Shown: in pieces, positions 43,282 through 52,367 of the stretch | Layout: the number at the start of each line of letters is the position of its first letter | How positions within the stretch are numbered: the first letter of the stretch is position 1 | Assembly (NCBI GenBank): GCA_003552985.1 | Contig: PUPD01000265.1 | Span: 541-64,540 of the forward strand | DNA from: Spirochaetaceae bacterium | GTDB lineage: Bacteria; Spirochaetota; Spirochaetia; DSM-27196; SLAA01 | Direction: 5' to 3' | Length of the DNA: 64,000 bases | Position numbers and translations under genes: made by a program | Notes under the pieces: generated by a model | Told to the model about the DNA's origin: nothing | Database searches by the model: none | What the model saw: only the letters and a program-made list of their open reading frames with translations

Positions 43282-46149
43282 ATGAGCGACACCTCGCGCG
43301 CTACACGAAGCTTCTACGAACGACTGCTCAAACAGGGGTTCAGCCGCGAAGAGATCGCCGAAGTCCATCGCCGACTCCGCGAGAAAGGGTACGGCGAGTC
43401 GCCGAGCGAAGGCGTGCTTCGACGCGAGCTCAGCTCGGTGCGCCGTGCCCGAACGGTCGATCGCCGCGGGCAGGCCGGCGCAAACGCGCCGCAGCCCACC
43501 GGCGGCCGGCGTGCAGAGGACCGCTTCCCGGTGATCCCGCCGGCGTTGCGCCGACGGATCAACGCGTATGCGCGCTCGCTGCAGCTGCCGATGGTCGGGC
43601 CGCGGGAGTTGCTGGACGATCTCCTGAGCTTCCTGCCGCTTCGTGTTCCGGACTGCATCGCCAAACGCTACGTTGAACGCCTCACCAGACAGCACGGACT
43701 GGAAAGCTTTGGCGCCGGGGAGCTGTCGCTGTATGACACGCTTCACGCCCTCTCGTACGCCGCTCAGAAGCTCAGCGGGGACCTCCTGCCGGCCGAGCGG
43801 CCCGTTTCGGGCAGAGGGCGGTCGCGGCCGGATGGCACGTTATCCGAGTCGGAGCAAGTAAGAGCCGACCTGCGCCGCCGCGATCCGTTCGGGTATCGGG
43901 TGCTTCAGGAGTTCGTGGGTCCATACGAGCAGGTCAAGAAGCATCTGGAGTATCTTCGAGTTCGGCGGGAAAGCGGCGAACGGATTGAAGCCGCCGCCTT
44001 ATCCGAGGTGGCCCAGGTTGTGTATCGGCTCTGCCTAAAGACCGAACAGGTTGATAAGCAGAGCATCGGCGCGACCTTGAGTCTTGCACACGAGATTCAG
44101 ACCGCCTACCGGCGCAGCGGCGCCTATGCCGAGGAGCTCGAGGAAGCTGCGCGCATGTTTCGTATTGCGCTCGACAATCTTCAACGTTACAAGTTCGAGC
44201 TCTACCCGGTAATGCTCAGGCTGCTGAAGAGCGATTATCCATGGCGCCCGCAGGACCCGGAGTTCGTTGAGCGCCTTTGCGCGCTGCTCGGCATCGCCGA
44301 TGAGGACATTCTCGAACGCAGGCGTTACGAACAGAGGCAGGAGCAGCTGCAGCAGGAGCAGGCGCGCGCAATTGAGCAACGCGAGCTCGAGCGTCTGGAA
44401 CGCGAGAAGAGCTCGCGGTTCCGCGAGGCCTACGCGCCGGTTCTCCGTCTACTCGGATCGCTGTTTCCGGGATCCGGGATCGAGCAGCTCGACCAGGGCG
44501 CATTCTTATTGCCGTATTCTGAGCGGGTTCTGTTTCGCGACTCGGGGCGGTTCGCTTCGGTGGAGCTCGGGTTGACCTCGTTGGCTGCGGAGGATCCGCT
44601 GGCCACGATCATTCCCCTGCATCGCATTATCGACGACTGGCTGCATTCGCTGAATCCGTATCGGCTCGAGCGCCTGCTCGGCACTGAAACGATCTCCGCA
44701 GCGCTGTTGGCGATCCGCGACGAGTGGCAAGCGGTCTACCCCGAGCTGTTCGATCTCTATCTGCGCGACGTCGCGGCCTATGCGCGCGAGATCTCCGGTT
44801 CGACGGACCGAGCGCGCGAGTTTCGGCGCAGCAGAAGCGCCTACGTGTTGCAGCGCGAGATCGAGACGCTACGGACGCGGCTGCTGCGGCGCACCGAGCG
44901 CAGCGGTCCGGTGCGTGACCGCCAGGACCGCATCGTCCTGCCGATGCTGGCCGAGCGCCTGCACGACGAGCTCATCGGGATCGGCGAGCACGTCAGTCTC
45001 GCGACGTTGCGCCGCGACGATCCCGTCGCGCGGCGCCAGGTTCGCATACTCGTCGACGAGCCGGTGATCGACTACGATCTGTACACCGATCCACGCTCCT
45101 ATGAGTATAAACCGGCTACGCGCCAGCTGCGGCGCTACATCGAAGCCCGCAAGCAGCAACCGATCGCCGAGACCGGCGCGTACGCATCGCTGTTCCCGCT
45201 CGACACGATTCGCAGCGTCTGTGATCTGTATCGCTTTCTGCTTCGCGATCCGGAGAGTTTTCTGATGGTCAGCGGCTCGCGCCTGGAAACCGCCGGGCCG
45301 TTTGAGCAGGCGGCATGGAAGGAGGCCGAGGATGATTCGCGCGATCCCGGGGCCACGCTCAGGATTGAGTTCGCGGAGGAACTGAGCGCGCAATACCGCG
45401 ATCAGCTTACCGGGCTGCGCGACAAGAACTTCTTTCTGGAACGCATGCCGGAGCTCTACAAGCGGCTGCGTTCGGACGGCAAGCCGATCACGGTGCTGAT
45501 GATTGATATCGACCACTTCAAGTGGATCAACGATCATCTGGGACACCCGTTCGGCGACAAGCTGCTTACGGCGGTCGGCGAGCTCGTTAACGCCAACAGC
45601 CGCCCGGCGGACTGGACGATTCGCTACGGGGGCGAGGAGATTCTGATTCTGATTGCGGACGACCTGAACGCCGGAGTGGTGCTCGGCGAGCGTCTGCGCT
45701 ATCAGCAGGAACAACGCATCGAGTCGGATTCGGACTACGAGGCGGTGCGCCGTCTTGCAAGCGACGGGGGAGCGCCGTGCGGCACGCTCTCGGTGGGCAT
45801 TGCCGCGTGCGGGGATCTTCCCGAGATCAAAGCTGCGGTGGAGCGAGCCGACGCAGTGCTGTATGCCGCCAAGGCCCAGCGTAACACGGTGACGGTGCTG
45901 CCTCGAGAGGTTCCGGAACCGATACCCTATGAGGAGTATCGCAACCAGCGTCTCTCGGCCCCAGGCGTCTCCGGACCGGACGTTTCCGAGCCGAATAGCT
46001 CCGGTCTGCAGGGTGGCGGGCCGCAGGGCGCCGGAGGTGAGCCGACCGACGACGACGGAAGCCCGCAGGCCGACGCGCCGCGTGAAGAACGCGCAGGCCG
46101 AAACCGGAACTCGGATCGGCAATCCGACCGGCCGGTTGACTCGCGTTGA
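43282..46149 (+). CDS. GGDEF diguanylate cyclase with ~700-aa uncharacterised helical N-terminal region
   Basis: C-terminal GGDEF (DIDHFKWINDHLGHPFGDKLL, RYGGEEILILIAD). The N-terminal two-thirds has no motif I recognise. Low-complexity G/P/D tail. Confidence 0.88.
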   Translation: MSDTSRATRSFYERLLKQGFSREEIAEVHRRLREKGYGESPSEGVLRRELSSVRRARTVDRRGQAGANAPQPTGGRRAEDRFPVIPPALRRRINAYARSLQLPMVGPRELLDDLLSFLPLRVPDCIAKRYVERLTRQHGLESFGAGELSLYDTLHALSYAAQKLSGDLLPAERPVSGRGRSRPDGTLSESEQVRADLRRRDPFGYRVLQEFVGPYEQVKKHLEYLRVRRESGERIEAAALSEVAQVVYRLCLKTEQVDKQSIGATLSLAHEIQTAYRRSGAYAEELEEAARMFRIALDNLQRYKFELYPVMLRLLKSDYPWRPQDPEFVERLCALLGIADEDILERRRYEQRQEQLQQEQARAIEQRELERLEREKSSRFREAYAPVLRLLGSLFPGSGIEQLDQGAFLLPYSERVLFRDSGRFASVELGLTSLAAEDPLATIIPLHRIIDDWLHSLNPYRLERLLGTETISAALLAIRDEWQAVYPELFDLYLRDVAAYAREISGSTDRAREFRRSRSAYVLQREIETLRTRLLRRTERSGPVRDRQDRIVLPMLAERLHDELIGIGEHVSLATLRRDDPVARRQVRILVDEPVIDYDLYTDPRSYEYKPATRQLRRYIEARKQQPIAETGAYASLFPLDTIRSVCDLYRFLLRDPESFLMVSGSRLETAGPFEQAAWKEAEDDSRDPGATLRIEFAEELSAQYRDQLTGLRDKNFFLERMPELYKRLRSDGKPITVLMIDIDHFKWINDHLGHPFGDKLLTAVGELVNANSRPADWTIRYGGEEILILIADDLNAGVVLGERLRYQQEQRIESDSDYEAVRRLASDGGAPCGTLSVGIAACGDLPEIKAAVERADAVLYAAKAQRNTVTVLPREVPEPIPYEEYRNQRLSAPGVSGPDVSEPNSSGLQGGGPQGAGGEPTDDDGSPQADAPREERAGRNRNSDRQSDRPVDSR

Positions 46150-46191
46150 CGAGTTGCCGCCGCCGCCGGTAACTCGGTACAATGAACCAGC

Positions 46192-47346
46192 ATGCAGAGC
46201 GTATACTTGGACAATAACGCGACCACACCGGTAGTGCCCGAAGCGGTTGCAGCAATACATGACTGTCTTGAACGCACATTCGGGAACCCGTCGAGCCTCC
46301 ACCGATCCGGCGTTGACGCCGATGGGATCCTTCAGAACGCACGACGAAGTCTGGCCGAGCAGTTAGGAGTGGCCGCTCGTGAGCTTTATTTCTGCTCCGG
46401 AGCTACCGAAGCGAACAATACCGTGATCAGCGGGGTTGCGCACGCCTATCGTGCGCGCGGGCGACATATCGTGACAACTGCGGTTGAGCATCCTTCGGTG
46501 ATCGAGCCGATGCGCCGGCTCGAGGAGGAAGGCTTCAGTGTGACCTATCTAAGGCCCGATCCGGTCAACGGCTTGAGCATTGAGCAGGTGCGTGAGGCCC
46601 TGCGCCCGGAGACCATCCTGGTCAGCATCATGCAGGTCAACAACGAGACCGGAGCTGTGTTTCCGGTGGCCGATATCGCGCGCATGGTGAAGTCGCGCGC
46701 CAAGACGGCCGTGGTGCACGCCGACGGTGTCCAGGGCTTCGGGAAACTCGTCTCGCCGGCGGGCGCGCTCGATGCCTACAGCACCAGCGCGCACAAGATT
46801 CACGGTCCCAAAGGGGCCGGCGCGCTGTATCTACGCAGCGGCGTACGTTGCCGGCCGCTGCTGGTGGGTGGAGGTCACGAGGCGAGCCTGCGTGCCGGCA
46901 CCGAGAACGTCCCCGGTATTGCGGGCTTCGCGGCCGCCGCCGCGGCTGCCGGAGGCGGGCGCGAAGAGAATTACCGTCTGATTGCTGCGATGCGCTCACA
47001 GCTGGTGCGAGCGGTCGAGAGCACCGGCCGAGCGGTGATGCTGTCCCCGCCGGACGCCATCGCAACCACCCTGGCAGTGGCGTTTCCGCCGATACCGGGG
47101 GAGGTCATGGTGAATGCGCTGTCCGAGGCCGGGGTCGCGGTCTCCACCGGCTCGGCATGCGCGGCTTCGCGCAACAAGCGCAGCCACGTGCTGGAAGCGC
47201 TCGGGTTTGAGCAGCGCGTCATAGACTCAAGCGTTCGGTTCAGCCTTTCACGGCTCAACACTGCGGCCGAGGTGGAGGCGGTGGGCGAGATTCTCGCAGC
47301 CACGCTGAAGCGCTTGCGGCCGGTGGCCGAGCGGGTATTGCGATGA
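46192..47346 (+). CDS. class V aminotransferase cysteine desulfurase (NifS/NifZ/IscS-like)
   Basis: The PLP-lysine context STSAHKIHGPKGAGALY, GGHE...RAGTENV, and the active-site Cys loop STGSACAA. Confidence 0.9.
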   Translation: MQSVYLDNNATTPVVPEAVAAIHDCLERTFGNPSSLHRSGVDADGILQNARRSLAEQLGVAARELYFCSGATEANNTVISGVAHAYRARGRHIVTTAVEHPSVIEPMRRLEEEGFSVTYLRPDPVNGLSIEQVREALRPETILVSIMQVNNETGAVFPVADIARMVKSRAKTAVVHADGVQGFGKLVSPAGALDAYSTSAHKIHGPKGAGALYLRSGVRCRPLLVGGGHEASLRAGTENVPGIAGFAAAAAAAGGGREENYRLIAAMRSQLVRAVESTGRAVMLSPPDAIATTLAVAFPPIPGEVMVNALSEAGVAVSTGSACAASRNKRSHVLEALGFEQRVIDSSVRFSLSRLNTAAEVEAVGEILAATLKRLRPVAERVLR

Positions 47347-48683
47347 GCGAAACGCCTGAAAGCCAGGCGGCACAGAACTCGCCGACCGAACCGCTGCGCA
47401 GGCTGGCGCTGATTGCGTTCGACGAGATTGCTCTCAAACGCGGTCAACGCGGGCGCTTCATGCAACAGCTGCGCACCAACATCGTGGCGCAACTCGGCTG
47501 TGAAGCCAAACGCGTGGTTGCGCGTCACGGCCGCATCGAGATTGAGCTCGGTGACCTGGGCGACCTGGGGGCGAACCGGCGCGGGGCCCCGGGCGAGGTT
47601 GTAGAGCGTTCCGAAGGCGATAAGGGGTCGCCGGCGGTGCACGCAGCTCACGGGCCTCGTGCAGACGAGCAGTGGCGCGGCTGGAGTGCTTCATTGCGGA
47701 GGGTGTTCGGAGTCAAGTGGTACGCGCTTGCCGAGGCGGTTCCGCTGAATCTGCAGGCGCTGGAATCGGCTGTGTTGCGTCGGGCACGCGACGCGGCGGC
47801 CGCAGGCGCGAGGACCTTCAAGCTGGAGCATTCGCGCAGAAATAAAGCGTTTCCGGTCGATTCGATGGCGCTTAACCGGCGTGTGGGCGCGCTTGTGCTC
47901 GAACGTCTGCCGGAGCTCAGCGTCGATGTGCATTCACCTGATCTGTTGATCGATGTCGAGATCCGTCACAACGAGATCACGGTCTTTGCCGACAAGCATC
48001 CCGGTGCGGAGGGCTTGCCGGTGGGAAGCACCGGGGCGGCATTGACGCTATTGTCCGGGGGAATCGACAGCCCGGTAGCGGCCTGGTATGCGATGAAGCG
48101 CGGTCTGTCGATGGAGTACGTGCATTTTCACAGCCCTCCGTACACCGGACTAAAGGCGGAGCAGAAGGCGCGTGATCTGGTGGACGCCCTGAACCGCTGG
48201 GTGCCGCAGCCGGGACGGTTGTTTCTGGTTCCGTTTGCCCGCATTCAGGAGGAAGTGGCCGACCTCGTTCCGGCAGGGTACTGGACGATCATCCAACGGC
48301 GGTTCATGCAGCGCATCGCCGGGCGGATCGCCGAACACTATCGGCTCGAAGCGCTCACGGTGGGTGACAGCATCGGACAGGTGGCAAGCCAGACGCTGTC
48401 GAACATGGCGGCGATTGATGCGGCTACCCGTCACCTGGTGCTGCGGCCACTACTCGGCTTCGACAAAGACTGGATTATGCGCACCGCCCGTGAAATCGGT
48501 ACCTACGAGATTTCGATCCGCCCGTTTGAGGACTGCTGCGTGTTGTTCGCCCCCCGGAAGCCCGCGATTCGCTGCGATGTTGCGACGGTCGAGCAGTACG
48601 AACAGCAGCTCGAGTTGGACGGGTTGGTGGAGGCGGCCCTTGAAAGCATGCAGGTTGCGACCGTTGCGGGCCTACAGTGGTAG
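47343..48683 (+). CDS. thiI: tRNA 4-thiouridine synthase / thiazole sulfur-transfer protein ThiI, lacking a C-terminal rhodanese domain
   Basis: ATGA overlap with the desulfurase gene. THUMP-like N-terminal half with a ~45-aa insert. PP-loop LTLLSGGIDSPVAAW. The protein ends right after the PP-loop domain. Confidence 0.88.
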   Translation: MSETPESQAAQNSPTEPLRRLALIAFDEIALKRGQRGRFMQQLRTNIVAQLGCEAKRVVARHGRIEIELGDLGDLGANRRGAPGEVVERSEGDKGSPAVHAAHGPRADEQWRGWSASLRRVFGVKWYALAEAVPLNLQALESAVLRRARDAAAAGARTFKLEHSRRNKAFPVDSMALNRRVGALVLERLPELSVDVHSPDLLIDVEIRHNEITVFADKHPGAEGLPVGSTGAALTLLSGGIDSPVAAWYAMKRGLSMEYVHFHSPPYTGLKAEQKARDLVDALNRWVPQPGRLFLVPFARIQEEVADLVPAGYWTIIQRRFMQRIAGRIAEHYRLEALTVGDSIGQVASQTLSNMAAIDAATRHLVLRPLLGFDKDWIMRTAREIGTYEISIRPFEDCCVLFAPRKPAIRCDVATVEQYEQQLELDGLVEAALESMQVATVAGLQW

Positions 48684-48747
48684 AGCGCGATAGTACGCGG
48701 CGGCGGGCGCGCCGCGCAGCCGATCGTTCGCTCTTGACGGCTTGCTC

Positions 48748-48776
48748 TTGACGGCAGGCCAATACTGTGTTATATA
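48748..48776 (+). promoter_or_regulatory. candidate strong sigma70-type promoter in the thiI-thiL spacer
   Basis: TTGACG (48748-48753), 17 nt, then TATATA (48771-48776). The -35 region is part of a tandem GCTCTTGACGG duplication (48731-48740 and 48745-48754). The patch is a conspicuous AT-rich block in a GC-rich genome. Confidence 0.4.
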
Positions 48777-48824
48777 TTACAGTAGAAGTAAGGTTTTGCC
48801 GGCTCGCCGGCACACTGCCTCCAA

Positions 48825-48867
48825 GGCACCTGTCGCTGCCCCCTCACCTGCGGCGGGTGCCGTTTTT
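48825..48867 (+). terminator. intrinsic-terminator-like hairpin plus T-run
   Basis: GGCACCTGTCGC (48825-48836) pairs with GCGGCGGGTGCC (48850-48861): 12 bp, including two G-U pairs. The loop is 13 nt, followed by GTTTTTGTG. Confidence 0.5.
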
Positions 48868-48911
48868 GTGACCGGCGTTTGCCGGCTCGCGTGCGCCGTG
48901 CCATCGTGACC

Positions 48912-48941
48912 TTGACCTGCCGGTCGGGGTGGACGTACACT
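48912..48941 (+). promoter_or_regulatory. candidate promoter of the TPP-riboswitch-controlled operon
   Basis: TTGACC (48912-48917), 18 nt, then TACACT (48936-48941). The riboswitch P1 helix begins about 20 nt downstream. Confidence 0.45.
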
Positions 48942-48960
48942 GCCGCACAGACATACCGTT

Positions 48961-49043
48961 CCGTTAGGGGAGCTGTTGCGGCCTGCGACGGCTGAGACCA
49001 AACCCTTGAACCTGATCCGGATAATGCCGGCGAAGGGAAACGG
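48961..49043 (+). promoter_or_regulatory. TPP (thiamine pyrophosphate, THI-box) riboswitch aptamer
   Basis: ccgttaGGGGAGC...GCTGAGAccaaACCCttgAACCTGATCCGGATAATGCCGGCGAAGGGAaacgg carries all conserved THI-box blocks (CUGAGA, ACCUGAUC.GGAUAAUGCC.GCG.AGGGA). P1 pairs ccgtt with aacgg. Confidence 0.92.
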
Positions 49044-49257
49044 ACGCGCTTGGTTGCGGTGCCCGCAGGCCGGGTGCTGCGCGGTGACGGCGGGCGCCGA
49101 AGCCCGCGCGTCACTCTGCCGTTCCGTCGTCTTTCCGTCTCGATCCCCTGTTTATTTGTCGGCTGCGGTACACCTGCTGCATCCGGTACGTCTGCTTGCC
49201 TACGCTGCCGAAGAAGGCCGGCCGGCGGCGCCGGGCGCCGGGCTGTGAAGGAGCTTT

Positions 49258-50271
49258 GTGATGACCTTGCGCGATATCGGCGAGTTCGGCTTGATCGAGC
49301 GCATTGCCGCACGGTTCTCGACGGTCGGCACCGAGGACGGCAGTCTGGGAATCGGCGATGACTGCGCCGTTCTGAGCCGCAATCGAGACGAGCTCGATCT
49401 CGTGACAACCGATCTCCTGATCGAAGGGAGCCACTTCCTGCGGGATGCGATCTCCCCGCGTCTGCTCGGTCGCAAGTCAGTGGCGGTCAACCTTAGCGAC
49501 ATCTGCGCGATGGGCGGCGAATGCCGTTCGGCGTTCCTCGCACTTGCGTTACCGGGCGAGCTATCGGTCGCCTGGATCGACGCATTCTTTGACGGCGTTC
49601 AGGAGCGCTTGCGGGAAGCCGGAGTGAAGCTTCTCGGCGGCGACACCACACGGTCCAACGGGCCGATCGTGATACAGTTCACGATCCTCGGCTCGGTCTC
49701 GCCCGCCCACCTGAAGCTGCGCCGAACGGCGCGCGAGCAGGACCTGATCTGCGTCACCGACTGCCTTGGGGACTCAGGGGGAGGTCTACGGGCATTGCTG
49801 GAAGGCGTAGCGCGGAACAGCGCCGTGGAGTACCTGATCGAACGGCACCTCGATCCATGTCCGCAGCTCGCCGAGGGCGCGTGGCTGGCCGCCTCGAGTG
49901 ACGTGCATGCCATGATGGACATCTCAGACGGGCTTGATTCGGATATTCGCCGCATTATGGAGCAGAGCCGGGTGGGGGCCCGGATTGAGGTCGAGCACCT
50001 GCCCCTTTCGTCCCAACTGCGCGAGGTCGCCGCAGAGCAGGCATGGTCGGCCTGGGAGCTCGCGGTGAGCGGAGGTGAGGACTACGTCCTGCTGTGTACC
50101 GTGGCCCCGGAGCGCCACGCCGCGCTCGCAGAGGCTTTTCAGCGCCGGTTCGGCCGGGAGCTTAGGGCCGTCGGGCGGATAACCGACCGGCCCGGACAAC
50201 TGGTGTACCTGCGTGACGGTGTGCCGATGGATCCGAGTAAGCTCGGGTTCGACCATTTCAGGACCGAGTGA
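49258..50271 (+). CDS. thiL: thiamine-monophosphate kinase
   Basis: LRDIGEFGLIERI, GIGDDCAVL, TDLLIEGSHF, NLSDICAMGG and GGDTT. GAAGGAG RBS. The start is GTG 49258 or ATG 49261. Confidence 0.9.
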   Translation: MMTLRDIGEFGLIERIAARFSTVGTEDGSLGIGDDCAVLSRNRDELDLVTTDLLIEGSHFLRDAISPRLLGRKSVAVNLSDICAMGGECRSAFLALALPGELSVAWIDAFFDGVQERLREAGVKLLGGDTTRSNGPIVIQFTILGSVSPAHLKLRRTAREQDLICVTDCLGDSGGGLRALLEGVARNSAVEYLIERHLDPCPQLAEGAWLAASSDVHAMMDISDGLDSDIRRIMEQSRVGARIEVEHLPLSSQLREVAAEQAWSAWELAVSGGEDYVLLCTVAPERHAALAEAFQRRFGRELRAVGRITDRPGQLVYLRDGVPMDPSKLGFDHFRTE

Positions 50272-50286
50272 AGTATCGAGACTCAA

Positions 50287-51141
50287 GTGTCGAGCGAGGG
50301 AGAGGATATGAGCGGCAGTACGAAACAGTATCGGCGCGTGTGCACAATCGCCGGTTCGGACAGCGGTGGTGGAGCGGGAATCCAGGCGGATCTCAAGACC
50401 TTCTCGGCTCTGGGTTGCTACGGGGCGTCAGTCATCACCTCTTTGACCGCACAGAACACGGTTGTGGTTCGCGCAATTCACACTCCGGCCGCTGAGTTCA
50501 CGGTGGCTCAGATCAACGCAGTGTTTGAGGATATCGGCGTGGATGCGGTCAAGATCGGGATGCTCGCCAACGCCGAGATCGTACAAGCCGTGGCAGAGCG
50601 CCTTCGTCATTTCAAAGCCCGCAATGTGGTGATTGATCCGGTCATGGTGGCGAAAAGCGGGGACCGGCTCCTCAGACAGGAGGCCGAGCAGACCATTCTC
50701 GCCGAGTTGCTCCCGCTCGCCGATGTGATTACTCCGAATATACCGGAGGCGGAGGTACTCGCCGGGATGCGGATCGGGCCCGGGGATAACGAGCGTCGGG
50801 CGGCATGTGAACGGCTGCTGGAGCACGGGCTGCGGGCGGTCCTGCTCAAAGGCGGGCATGGTACCTCGGGAGAAAGTGCCGACCTCCTGGCGGTACGCAG
50901 CGACGACGGCGAGATCCGCTATCGATGGTATCGCGGCGGCAGGATAGAAACGGAGAACTCCCACGGCACCGGGTGCACGCTCTCCTCCGCGATCGCAGCG
51001 TTGCTGGCGCGTGGCCGGGAGTTGGAAGACGCAGTCGAGGGCGCCAAAGAGTATGTCACGCAGGCATTGCAGGCAGGGGCCGCGTATCGGCTTGGGAAGG
51101 GCCACGGGCCGGTGCACCATTTCCACGCATGGTGGAGCTGA
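50287..51141 (+). CDS. thiD: hydroxymethylpyrimidine/phosphomethylpyrimidine kinase
   Basis: [58 protein letters not shown] and [12 protein letters not shown]. Confidence 0.92.
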   Translation: MSSEGEDMSGSTKQYRRVCTIAGSDSGGGAGIQADLKTFSALGCYGASVITSLTAQNTVVVRAIHTPAAEFTVAQINAVFEDIGVDAVKIGMLANAEIVQAVAERLRHFKARNVVIDPVMVAKSGDRLLRQEAEQTILAELLPLADVITPNIPEAEVLAGMRIGPGDNERRAACERLLEHGLRAVLLKGGHGTSGESADLLAVRSDDGEIRYRWYRGGRIETENSHGTGCTLSSAIAALLARGRELEDAVEGAKEYVTQALQAGAAYRLGKGHGPVHHFHAWWS

Positions 51142-51205
51142 TTCGGCCACCGTTCCGCGCGACGATTGTTGTTGACAGGTATCTGCCGCGGGATTACAAG
51201 AGTAT

Positions 51206-52315
51206 ATGGAGTTCGCCTGCGCCGTCTGCAACCGCCGATACACCCCTGATCCTGCTATGTTTCGCTGCCGCTGCGGCGGGTATCTGGAGTACCGCGAGCA
51301 GCGGATCTTTCCATCGGCCGCGCTGGTCGAGCGCGATCACAGCATTTGGCGTTATCGCGAAGCCTACGGTCTTCCTTCGGAGTGTCGACGCATAACCCTG
51401 GGCGAGGGGCGCAGCCCGATAACGCAGCTGCAGGTCCCCGAAGGGGCCATGACCGCCAAGCTCGACTACCTGCAGCCCTCGGGCTCGTTCAAGGATCGGG
51501 GCGCGGCGGTCCTGATCTCACTTCTCGCGTACCTCGGAGCGCAGGATGTCGTCGAGGACTCTTCGGGCAACGCCGGAGCAGCGGTTTCCGCGTATGCCGC
51601 CGCTGCCGGTATGCGTTGCACTATCTATACTCCCGACTACACTCCTGAAGGCAAGCTTCTGCAGATGCGGCTCTACGGAAGCGAGGTGCGCACCGTCGCC
51701 GGTACGCGGGACGACGCGCGCAAGGCCGCCGAGCAGGCCGGGACACGCACCGCTTATGCCAGCCATCTGTGGAATCCGGCGTTCGTGCTTGGACTCCAGA
51801 GCACTGCGTTCGAGTTGTGGGAGCAGCTCGGCGAAGAGCTTCCGGCGACGATAGTGGTACCGCTCGGCTCGGGGGGGGACGTCGAGGGTCTGCACCGCGG
51901 GTTTGAGGTGCTCCTCAATGCCGGGTACCTTCGCGAAGCGCCGCGCCTTGTGGGCGTGCAGGCCGCACACTGCAGCCCGGTGCACACCGCCTTTGAGCTA
52001 GGTCAGGAGCACCACAGCGAGGTCGAGGTCGCTCCGACAATCGCCGAAGGCATTGCGGTGCAGAATCCACCGCGTTCGCCGGCGGTTCTCGACGCGCTGC
52101 GGTCGAGCGGCGGGTTCACCATTGCGGTCACCGAGGAGGAGATCCGCAGCGCCACCGTCGGGCTCCTGCAGCGTGGAGTGTTCGCCGAGCCCACAAGCGC
52201 GGCGGCCTATGCGGCCTGGCGGAGACTGAGCCGTAGCGAACGCGCTGAATCGGTCGTGGTCCTCACCGGCCACGGGCTCAAACAGCTCACAAAACTGAAG
52301 GACCTCGTCGGCTGA
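51206..52315 (+). CDS. threonine-synthase-like fold-type II PLP enzyme with N-terminal zinc ribbon
   Basis: CAVCNRRY...CRCGG (Zn ribbon). The PLP-lysine motif QPSGSFKDRG, EDSSGNAGAA and VVPLGSGG. It could be an authentic short ThrC or a paralogue, and its position in a TPP-controlled operon is unusual. Confidence 0.8.
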   Translation: MEFACAVCNRRYTPDPAMFRCRCGGYLEYREQRIFPSAALVERDHSIWRYREAYGLPSECRRITLGEGRSPITQLQVPEGAMTAKLDYLQPSGSFKDRGAAVLISLLAYLGAQDVVEDSSGNAGAAVSAYAAAAGMRCTIYTPDYTPEGKLLQMRLYGSEVRTVAGTRDDARKAAEQAGTRTAYASHLWNPAFVLGLQSTAFELWEQLGEELPATIVVPLGSGGDVEGLHRGFEVLLNAGYLREAPRLVGVQAAHCSPVHTAFELGQEHHSEVEVAPTIAEGIAVQNPPRSPAVLDALRSSGGFTIAVTEEEIRSATVGLLQRGVFAEPTSAAAYAAWRRLSRSERAESVVVLTGHGLKQLTKLKDLVG

Positions 52316-52337
52316 GCATACTCGTCGGCTAAGCATA
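52304..52337 (+). repeat. 17-nt tandem duplication spanning the thrC-like stop codon
   Basis: CTCGTCGGCTGAGCATA (52304-52320) is directly followed by CTCGTCGGCTAAGCATA (52321-52337), with one mismatch. Confidence 0.8.
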
Positions 52338-52367
52338 ACCGTGGGTGGCAATGCTTGCCGGGGCTTC

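Noticed and set aside
48770-49408. 212-aa minus-strand ORF spanning the TPP riboswitch and the thiL start
   Set aside because: It overlaps a textbook riboswitch and a promoter. The translation is R/P/A-rich junk with no RBS.
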